The notes: generated by a model from the letters alone, not told the origin. A DNA stretch of 20,000 bases from an uncultured virus (IMG/VR IMGVR_UViG_3300031555_006527) (IMGVR_UViG_3300031555_006527), one strand, 5' to 3'; positions 9,011 through 16,162 are shown, counted from the first letter of the stretch. A program made the numbers and translations.

Positions 9011-9307
9011 ATGATAAATATGTACCATTCAGAAGATAAAGAGTATGAACGAGAGAGCAATTTTTGGATTACTTGTTATATGACTTTTAATGATAACAAT
9101 CCGATTCATGCCGATAATTCTTTTCATAATACAATTGTTGCTAAAAATATTGACACAGCAGAAGAGCTACATATTAAAAATCTTCAATGGATATCCTCTT
9201 TTTTAGAAGATATGACAGAAGAATATATTCTCAAATATCTTCCAGAAGCTATATCGTATATTACAGAATTGCGTTCAAAAGATTATTACAAAGAATTTAC
9301 AAGATGA
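9011..9307 (+). CDS. Hypothetical protein; ends EFTR
   Basis: 98 aa ORF, AAAGGA RBS; its YLPEAISYITE segment resembles YIPEALEYTEE at the end of ORF 7635. Confidence 0.75.
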   Translation: MINMYHSEDKEYERESNFWITCYMTFNDNNPIHADNSFHNTIVAKNIDTAEELHIKNLQWISSFLEDMTEEYILKYLPEAISYITELRSKDYYKEFTR

Positions 9308-9322
9308 CTATTAGAGGTATTT

Positions 9323-9715
9323 ATGCAGCTTATTCTAGATATTAAAAATACAAAAGACTCTATGACCGATAAAATAAATAGTATGCAAATCCCTGAAGCT
9401 ATTGAATTACTGGATAATCTTATCGGAATGGTAGAAGACAATCATGATAGTGATTATGATATGGCTCTCAAGCTAGGCATCAAAGCTCTCAAAGAGTTAC
9501 AGAGTTCGAAACAAATACTAGAACAATATGAATTCTTAGGAACTCCTATACAAATTCTTGAAAAAATAGGTGGATTAGATGTTGAACTTGGAAAATACGC
9601 CTGTCTTGGAACCGTAGAAGAATTTCGTGAAGCATTAGACAAAGCATCTGCTTATGATGAATTCGTTGCAGAACAAGGCCTTTTAGGAGAGAATCCAGAT
9701 ATTTTACGGAGGTAA
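9323..9715 (+). CDS. Hypothetical protein with ALKLGIKAL and two YxxLGT modules; ends ILRR
   Basis: 130 aa ORF, GAGG RBS. Confidence 0.8.
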   Translation: MQLILDIKNTKDSMTDKINSMQIPEAIELLDNLIGMVEDNHDSDYDMALKLGIKALKELQSSKQILEQYEFLGTPIQILEKIGGLDVELGKYACLGTVEEFREALDKASAYDEFVAEQGLLGENPDILRR

Positions 9716-9719
9716 AGTT

Positions 9720-10025
9720 ATGCATGAGCATGATATGACAAGCCAAAGTGCAATCAATAAACTGGAATGTGAACGGAAACAGAATAATACTCCAAGTGTT
9801 GATATTGCCTATGCTATGGCAGTTGATGCCTTAGAAAAGCAGGAGAAGTTGGAAAAATATTCAAAAATGCTCGAATCGACCTTTGACTGGGGCTGTAACG
9901 ACCATGCTAAATATTTATATTCTCTTGCTGTTTATTCTGTGATTTCAGGAAAAGAAATCTTTAAAGAATGTGAAGAAGAATTTATCGAATATATTGCAGA
10001 AAGTACACACGCATTTTCAAGATAA
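9720..10025 (+). CDS. Hypothetical protein with AYAMAVDALEKQ module; ends AFSR
   Basis: 101 aa ORF, GGAGG RBS inside the previous gene end. Confidence 0.8.
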   Translation: MHEHDMTSQSAINKLECERKQNNTPSVDIAYAMAVDALEKQEKLEKYSKMLESTFDWGCNDHAKYLYSLAVYSVISGKEIFKECEEEFIEYIAESTHAFSR

Positions 10026-10037
10026 GGAGATTATTTT

Positions 10038-10823
10038 ATGAAATATCCAATATCCGAAAAAGGAAAAGAAATGTTACAATTCCAAGCTGATTTAGCAACC
10101 AAGCACGGCTATAAACTAATATTAAAAAAGAATCCTCAATATAATTCAAATAATCTCATTAGTCCAGAAAATCCAAAGCTAATTCATGATGACAGTTTTA
10201 TAGAAAAATACAGAGCAGAACTCCCGGAATGGTGCAAAACTGCTTCTAAACAAAAACAGTATCCATTGATTTCTTTAGATGGGACCTTACTTTGTACTGA
10301 CATTGAACGTATTGTTATTGGTGATTATGGTGCATTTATTGAAATTTCTCCAGAACATATGGTAACTAATAACCTTAAGGTAAAAGAAGGTCAGGAATTT
10401 CGTATCAACGACGAAAAATATAGCCTTCATGTAAAGTATCATTGGTATACAGCAAAAGATAATTCAGATTGTAAGGTGTATTTTCAGCAAAAAACAGTTA
10501 CTTATGCCGACTATAAACCGGGAATGTATTATATTTCTCCTTATGAAGTAATTCCGGTTGCTTTAGAATTTGACCGATATAAACAAGCAGAATTAACAGG
10601 AGATTTAAGTCCTGTTTTGCCGTGTCCAATTGGAACCATGGTTCATGAACCTTATAAGTTCTGTGGAGACGGAGCTTGGGAAATCGACCATCATTATTTG
10701 AAACTGGAAGATATTCAAAAGATAAAAGATGGTAAAGTCTTTATTGAGGAACAAGATGCTATAGCATATATTTCAGAACAAGAATCTATAGAATATAGTG
10801 GAAATCCACTTATTATGAGGTAA
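10038..10823 (+). CDS. Hypothetical protein (RIVIGDYGAFIE...YADYKPGMYYISP region) fused to an LPCPIG module; ends LIMR
   Basis: 261 aa ORF, AAGGAG RBS. Confidence 0.8.
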   Translation: MKYPISEKGKEMLQFQADLATKHGYKLILKKNPQYNSNNLISPENPKLIHDDSFIEKYRAELPEWCKTASKQKQYPLISLDGTLLCTDIERIVIGDYGAFIEISPEHMVTNNLKVKEGQEFRINDEKYSLHVKYHWYTAKDNSDCKVYFQQKTVTYADYKPGMYYISPYEVIPVALEFDRYKQAELTGDLSPVLPCPIGTMVHEPYKFCGDGAWEIDHHYLKLEDIQKIKDGKVFIEEQDAIAYISEQESIEYSGNPLIMR

Positions 10824-10840
10824 CAGAAAGGACTTGAATC

Positions 10841-11251
10841 ATGATAAAAGATTCTACAAAAAACGTGTCATTTTATACAAGTTATTTTGCAAAATTAAAA
10901 GACTTACCGGAAGATATTGTCCCTATTTCTATTTGTGGCAAAGCTCCGGCTTGGTATACGGGTATCCAATATAAAAAACTAGCTCCAAAATATAGCTTTT
11001 TTGCAAAATATAAAGAAGATGGCGATGCAGAGCACTATGACAAATGTTTTCAGGAACAGGTTTTAGGTGTTTTAGATTTTAATCAAACAATAGAAGAGTT
11101 AATGAACCTTTCTGGCGGAAAAGACATTGCTCTTATTTGTTACGAAAAACCCACAGATTTTTGTCATAGACAATTAGTTGCTGATTGGATACGAGAACAT
11201 GGTTTAGAGTGTTCCGAATATGAGTTTCAAAAGAAAACAATGACAATGTAA
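10841..11251 (+). CDS. DUF488-family protein with KTMTM tail
   Basis: YTSYFA...PISI...LAP...IALICYEKPTDFCHRQLVADW matches the DUF488 LLC-E...CHR signature. Confidence 0.8.
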   Translation: MIKDSTKNVSFYTSYFAKLKDLPEDIVPISICGKAPAWYTGIQYKKLAPKYSFFAKYKEDGDAEHYDKCFQEQVLGVLDFNQTIEELMNLSGGKDIALICYEKPTDFCHRQLVADWIREHGLECSEYEFQKKTMTM

Positions 11252-11257
11252 TTCTAG

Positions 11258-11303
11258 ATAACGGAGATTAGTTCCTGCAAAGCAGGAAAAAGGCGTCCGT
11301 TAT
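11258..11303. other. Intergenic two-segment hairpin without U-tract
   Basis: ataacgga (11258-11265)/tccgttat (11296-11303) outer stem; ttcctgc (11272-11278)/gcaggaa (11282-11288) inner stem; internal loop between them. Confidence 0.65.
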
Positions 11304-11324
11304 ATCAATGGAGGATTTTTTATT

Positions 11325-11801
11325 ATGATGACTTATCATTTCCCGTTTAATCCCGAAGACACATTATATCAAGTAATCACTCATAGAAACGGAGATAAAG
11401 AAATAGAACCCGTTACAATCCATAAAATCATAATCGACAAAAATGGAGTTGCCTATATTGATAACGTTCAGCAAAAACTCTTTCGTGGAGATGCTTTTGG
11501 AAAAGAATTATTTGATTCGCAATATGAAGCCTTTAAACAATTAACAAAAGAATGTAAACTCCCTTGTAAAATTGGAACTAAATTATATGGATATAAACCT
11601 TTTGGTTCTGGAATAATTCCGACTATAATGCCAATTACAATTAGCAAAATTACGAAAGAAAATGGCCAAATTTATTTAGTAGATGACAACAAGGTCAAAT
11701 ATTCTATAGCTCAAATTGGAGAGTCTATATTTTTTTCTGAAGAAAAAGCAGAAGAATCTATAGAAGAAAAATTCAAACAAAGCCCTAATTTTTACCGCTA
11801 A
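11325..11801 (+). CDS. Hypothetical protein with two tandem [LF]PxxxG/D...FxxxEEA modules; ends NFYR
   Basis: FPFNPEDTLY...FGKELFDSQYEA and LPCKIGTKLY...IGESIFFSEEKA; GGAGG RBS. Confidence 0.8.
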   Translation: MMTYHFPFNPEDTLYQVITHRNGDKEIEPVTIHKIIIDKNGVAYIDNVQQKLFRGDAFGKELFDSQYEAFKQLTKECKLPCKIGTKLYGYKPFGSGIIPTIMPITISKITKENGQIYLVDDNKVKYSIAQIGESIFFSEEKAEESIEEKFKQSPNFYR

Positions 11802-11826
11802 ATCATTTTAAGAAAGGAATTCATTT

Positions 11827-12642
11827 ATGGGAATGTATGATACCATCAATGGGGAGCAGGTAAAATGCTTCCCATGGGTTTCTCTATATCATGGAGAAAT
11901 TACTTATCATGGAGGAGATTTAAAATATTATGAAAAAGGCTCTGAAGTTCCTTTTCGAAAACCTCATTATAACTATGGTAAAAATTTTATCATTTTAGAT
12001 TATAATCGTTTCCCGGAAAGTAAATATGCCGATTATCAATACTATCTTCATATTATTGAAGATGGTAAAGTAAAGAAAACTATAAAAGATAAATTGATAA
12101 AATCTTTAGATTGGTCAAATTATCCGGTTGTTGTAGGATATTATGGAGAGTTATTAAATATCCATAGCAATCAAGATGTTTTAGATTTTATTTCGGCACA
12201 ATTAGCATATTTCGAAAAAAGAGAATCTGTTCGGTCTCATTGGAATGAATTATTTAAAGAGCAAATGAAATATTTCAATGGCATCGCTTTGCTTGATAAA
12301 GATTCCGAAGAACGCAATTTTCGTAACAAAAAAATTGAAGAAATTCATCAACTTATGGAAACTGAAGAGTCTCGTATTAAAGCCGAATTAGATGCTTTAG
12401 ATTCAGAAAATCAATGTTGGTTTGTTGATACCTCTTCTTTTGAAGATTGTATTACCTTAGGAGACTTTATCAGTGCTTCTAAGATAAAATCAGAAGAGAG
12501 TGAAGCTTGTGAAGAAAAAATAAAAGAACTTTTATTCTCTGACGATACCTTATATGACCGCTATGTTGCATGGCAAGGTTCTGACGATTTTATAGAAGAA
12601 TTTTCAACCGAAAAACAGGAGGATAAACTATGCTTACAGTAG
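11827..12642 (+). CDS. Phage-type hypothetical protein (MGMYDT N-terminus, central coiled coil)
   Basis: 271 aa ORF, AAAGGA RBS; overlaps the next gene by 13 nt. Confidence 0.8.
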   Translation: MGMYDTINGEQVKCFPWVSLYHGEITYHGGDLKYYEKGSEVPFRKPHYNYGKNFIILDYNRFPESKYADYQYYLHIIEDGKVKKTIKDKLIKSLDWSNYPVVVGYYGELLNIHSNQDVLDFISAQLAYFEKRESVRSHWNELFKEQMKYFNGIALLDKDSEERNFRNKKIEEIHQLMETEESRIKAELDALDSENQCWFVDTSSFEDCITLGDFISASKIKSEESEACEEKIKELLFSDDTLYDRYVAWQGSDDFIEEFSTEKQEDKLCLQ

Positions 12643-13298
12643 AAGAAATGACTCGAATTTGGAATGAAGTTTGGGATTCTGAAACAATGTTCCAGACAAA
12701 TTTTGATAACGAACAGCAATTAAGAGCTTTTGCAAAAAATATGAGAAGTAATACTTATCATCTTCAAGCGATAAAACCAGAAGCTGCTCTTTTAAGAGAT
12801 TTGCAAAAACAAGAACTTCTTCCAAAATTTCCATTTCATATGCACGAAACAGTTTACTGTTTGCATAACGAGCAAATTCGTGAATGTACAATAGATAGAT
12901 ATTATAAACAAGGTAATGAATGGATGATTGCTTTAGATGGTGTGGAAGATATCCCTCTTCGTTTTAGCAAGGATAAATTATTTTCTACACACGAATCTGC
13001 TTTAGAACGATTAGAATATCTCAGAGACCGGAAAAAACCTATGACTTACATTGTGCCTTGCCATATAGGAGACACTCTTTATTGCGTATATAAAGGAACT
13101 TTTGATGAATCTTACCAAGTCATTCCGTTTACAGTTTCTGAAATTGTAATTGAAGAAAACTCTACATTTTTAAAAGCAAAACATAGTAGTTTAAAATTAC
13201 CTATCAAAGACTTTGGAGAAACTATCTTTTATACTCCGGAAGAAGCTGAAGAAGCTCTTTTAGAAAAGAATGCACAAATACCAATTATACAAAGATAA
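12630..13298 (+). CDS. Hypothetical protein with two tandem PxxxGD-type modules; ends IIQR
   Basis: FPFHMHETVY...LFSTHESA and VPCHIGDTLY...FGETIFYTPEEA; AGGAGG RBS. Confidence 0.8.
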   Translation: MLTVEEMTRIWNEVWDSETMFQTNFDNEQQLRAFAKNMRSNTYHLQAIKPEAALLRDLQKQELLPKFPFHMHETVYCLHNEQIRECTIDRYYKQGNEWMIALDGVEDIPLRFSKDKLFSTHESALERLEYLRDRKKPMTYIVPCHIGDTLYCVYKGTFDESYQVIPFTVSEIVIEENSTFLKAKHSSLKLPIKDFGETIFYTPEEAEEALLEKNAQIPIIQR

Positions 13299-13315
13299 TT
13301 TTTTGAGGAAATGAT

Positions 13316-14083
13316 ATGAAAGTATACACAAGAACAAAACAAAATTCAACGGAATATTATAATGTCAACATTTTTAATGCAGCGACTGGATTTAAAGATT
13401 TAGGAGCTGAAATTATTCCATATCGTCTGGTAAATGAGATTTACGACAAGGTCGAAAAAGAAGATATCGTTTTAGATGGTATTGACCAATGCAATTATAT
13501 TTTTGACAAATTCACGAAACATCCAGAACTTTGTGATTATCCGGAAGTTCTTAGACCATTTATGGGGCGTAAAATTTGGACAGATACCATTGACCATTTT
13601 AATACGCATCCAGAACTTTGGAACTGTTTTGTAAAACCCGTAAGCCATAAAGCTTTCACCGGACGAATTGTCAGAGAACCGAAAGACTTAATCGGCTGTG
13701 GAAATCAGGACGAAAATTTTGAGATTCTTTGTACTGATGTGATAGATATAAAGAGAGAATGGCGAGTTTTTGTCCGTTATGATGCTGTAATTGATATTCG
13801 TCCTTATAAAGGCGATTGGCATTTTACTTATAATCCTGCAATTATTGATAAAGCCCTAGAAGAATTTTGTACATGGCATGACCGACCAATGGCTTGTAGT
13901 TTAGATTTTGCAGTAGCCATTATTGGTGGAAGAGAACAAACTGTATTTTTAGAACAAAATGATGCTTACGCTTTAGGTAGCTATGGTTTATATCAGTCTG
14001 ATTATGCGAAACTAATTACTACCAGATGGGCTCAGATTATGAATGTGGAAGATGAATATAAAACATTAAAAACATGGAGTTAA
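13316..14083 (+). CDS. ATP-grasp protein, R2K/DUF4343-like
   Basis: DYPEVLRPFMGRKIW, FVKP, KAFTG, EWRVFV, LDFAV and LEQND-YALGSYG motifs. Confidence 0.8.
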   Translation: MKVYTRTKQNSTEYYNVNIFNAATGFKDLGAEIIPYRLVNEIYDKVEKEDIVLDGIDQCNYIFDKFTKHPELCDYPEVLRPFMGRKIWTDTIDHFNTHPELWNCFVKPVSHKAFTGRIVREPKDLIGCGNQDENFEILCTDVIDIKREWRVFVRYDAVIDIRPYKGDWHFTYNPAIIDKALEEFCTWHDRPMACSLDFAVAIIGGREQTVFLEQNDAYALGSYGLYQSDYAKLITTRWAQIMNVEDEYKTLKTWS

Positions 14084-14086
14084 AAG

Positions 14087-14115
14087 AAAAGAGCTAATTC
14101 TATAGCTCTTTTTTT
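14087..14115 (+). terminator. Intrinsic terminator closing the 14-kb array
   Basis: aaaagagcta-attcta-tagctctttt followed by a T-run, 3 nt after the stop codon. Confidence 0.85.
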
Positions 14116-14121
14116 AATATC

Positions 14122-14153
14122 TCCGTTTTCTTAAACCAAAACACAGCTAATAA
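14122..14153 (+). promoter_or_regulatory. Conserved 32-bp motif, copy 1 (putative element-specific promoter)
   Basis: tccgttttcttaaaccaaaacacagctaataa; 39 nt upstream of ATG 14193. Confidence 0.7.
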
Positions 14154-14192
14154 TTGTTACTAACATTTTTTTATTTCTGAAAGGAGATTTAT

Positions 14193-14702
14193 ATGCAAGA
14201 TAAAAATTATAATATACGTTACGCTATGGAACATAGCATTTTCCCTGAATTACTTTTTGACAACCCGAAGAGAACCATAATTTGTTTATCTCATCCTACT
14301 CTAAATTATTATTATGATTTATTAGATGCCCTATATGAAGAAAATGGAATGAAAAATCCATATAAGGTAGAAGACTTTAAAATCGAACGTTTTTCTTATG
14401 AAGATGTTTTGATTGCAGTTATTAACTTGCCAGAACCAGAACAAGGCCCGTTATGTAGACGGCTTTACATTCTTTTTGATAAAAAATTTTCCAAAGTAAA
14501 ATATTTTACCATAGAAAAATCTGCTAATCTTTTTGGAGAAATTAGTAAAGAAGACAACTCTGACATTTCATTTTTGTGTGGTTGGGATAAGAAAAAACGT
14601 CATAACAATTATGGTCCAATTGTTCCTAATACAATAGAATCAGAAAGAGAAAAAGTCTTAGCAAGCTTTAAGAAAAAGCCACTTTTATTTAGTTTTCATT
14701 AA
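14193..14702 (+). CDS. Hypothetical protein (PEPE...YFTIE...LCGW...HNNYG)
   Basis: 169 aa ORF, AAAGGAG RBS. Confidence 0.85.
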   Translation: MQDKNYNIRYAMEHSIFPELLFDNPKRTIICLSHPTLNYYYDLLDALYEENGMKNPYKVEDFKIERFSYEDVLIAVINLPEPEQGPLCRRLYILFDKKFSKVKYFTIEKSANLFGEISKEDNSDISFLCGWDKKKRHNNYGPIVPNTIESEREKVLASFKKKPLLFSFH

Positions 14703-14711
14703 GAAGTACAC

Positions 14712-14740
14712 GAGCCCCGGAGTTCCCGAGGCTCTTTTCT
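14712..14740 (+). terminator. Intrinsic terminator
   Basis: gagcc-c-cgg-agttc-ccg-a-ggctc followed by ttttct. Confidence 0.75.
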
Positions 14741-14748
14741 TGTGTGTT

Positions 14749-14780
14749 TCCGACAACTTAAACCAAACATTAGCTAATAA
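14749..14780 (+). promoter_or_regulatory. Conserved 32-bp motif, copy 2
   Basis: tccgacaacttaaaccaaacattagctaataa. Confidence 0.75.
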
Positions 14781-14866
14781 GTAGAAAGAACTATAAAGAG
14801 TTATAAATAATTATAAAGAATTTTATAAAAATTCTATGTTACATACGAAAAAGGAGGTTGGTTCCC

Positions 14867-15040
14867 ATGCAGAACACAGCGAATATTAAGGTTGGAGATA
14901 TTATTTTTGTAAAAGTTTCTGTTGTAAATATTGAAAAAGATGGAACTCTGGAATGTTGTCATGTAGGAGAAGAAAAATATTATCCAAGTGACGACACTGA
15001 TACTATGTTTTTTGACGACGAAGATGTTGTTATAACATAA
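14867..15040 (+). CDS. Small acidic hypothetical protein (IKVGDIIFV N-terminus)
   Basis: AAGGAGG at 14851-14857 favours ATG 14867 over the track's TTG 14858. Confidence 0.7.
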   Translation: MQNTANIKVGDIIFVKVSVVNIEKDGTLECCHVGEEKYYPSDDTDTMFFDDEDVVIT

Positions 15041-15112
15041 GGCTACAATTTAGAAAAATTATATATTTATGTTATAACAAATCCTGTCTGAATCATTTCA
15101 GGAGGTAGTAGT

Positions 15113-16162
15113 ATGACATATATCCATGACTTTTTTAATGACGACCTTTTTGATGAAAATGAACCTTATGATTTCCCAATTTCTTATGAACAATTTGTTT
15201 GGGATATTCAAAATTCTGTTTATGGACAAGATGAAGCAATCTCTGATATTGCTTATGATATTTATCAATATATTTCTGGAAGTTTTTCTGGAAAATGTAT
15301 TAAACACAACATTATGATTTCTGGACCATCGGCTTCCGGAAAAACAGAATTATATCGTACTGTAAAAAAAATATTAAAACAATATAATTGTCCAATTCCT
15401 GTATTACATGTTGATATTTCCGGATTTTCACCTGCTGGGTTTGTAGGAACTGGACTATCTTCTATTCCAGAGCGTATTGCTGCACAAGGTTCTCTTGGCT
15501 ATGCAATTGTTTTTCTTGATGAATTTGACAAGATTTTATTGCCATTATCCAGTAGTGGCAATGAGAATTTTCATAGCGCTCTTCAGCACGAAATGCTTTC
15601 TCTTTTAGAAGGTAAAGAATGTCAATCATCCACAAAGCCAAATTTAGCAAAAATGGTAGATACCAATAAAACATTATTTATAGGTATGGGAGCATTTACC
15701 GATTTTCGCAAACAGAAAATGACTCCAGAAAAAACTCTTGGATTTTCTGCTACAACATCTCAATCCTTAGAATTTTATGATATGTCTATGAGAGACCTCG
15801 TATCTGTTGGAGGAGCTGTAGAACTAGTTGGTCGTTTTGATTCTCTTTATAACTTTCATGTCATTGATGACAAAGCTTTTCAAGGATTGTATTTAAAAAC
15901 TTTAGAAGAACTGGGAAAAGAACAAGATATACTTTTAAAATCTACAAAGGAAGCCTGTGTTCAATTTGCGATTTTAGCCAAATCTGAATTTGGTTGTAGA
16001 GAAATGAAGCGTATGTTATATCAAACAATTCGTCCTTGTTTAAAAGAAATTGCAAATTGTGATGACCGTATTATGAGATATATTTTAATCCGAGAAGTTG
16101 GAAAAGCAGAGCTTCGTCGTAAAAAAGAAACCGTTGATAAATCTATACACCTCGTTCGTTAA
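15113..16162 (+). CDS. ClpX/HslU-like AAA+ ATPase lacking the N-terminal zinc-binding domain
   Basis: VYGQDEA, Walker A GPSASGKT, pore loop GFVG, Walker B IVFLDEFDK, LQHEMLSLLEG, LFIGMGAF, LGF loop, ELVGRF; AGGAGG RBS. Confidence 0.85.
   Translation: MTYIHDFFNDDLFDENEPYDFPISYEQFVWDIQNSVYGQDEAISDIAYDIYQYISGSFSGKCIKHNIMISGPSASGKTELYRTVKKILKQYNCPIPVLHVDISGFSPAGFVGTGLSSIPERIAAQGSLGYAIVFLDEFDKILLPLSSSGNENFHSALQHEMLSLLEGKECQSSTKPNLAKMVDTNKTLFIGMGAFTDFRKQKMTPEKTLGFSATTSQSLEFYDMSMRDLVSVGGAVELVGRFDSLYNFHVIDDKAFQGLYLKTLEELGKEQDILLKSTKEACVQFAILAKSEFGCREMKRMLYQTIRPCLKEIANCDDRIMRYILIREVGKAELRRKKETVDKSIHLVR

Noticed and set aside
1..14083. Classical integron cassette array
   Set aside because: Most spacers are under 30 nt with no room for attC sites, no consistent GTTRRRY/RYYYAAC cores were seen, and there is no integrase in the window
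14130..14153. Sigma28/SigD promoter reading (TAAA...GCCGATAA-like GCTAATAA)
   Set aside because: Spacing between TAAA and GCTAATAA is 10 nt, shorter than the ~15 nt expected
15113..16162. Naming the ATPase clpX
   Set aside because: Lacks the zinc-binding domain, is divergent, and has no adjacent clpP/tig; called ClpX-like only
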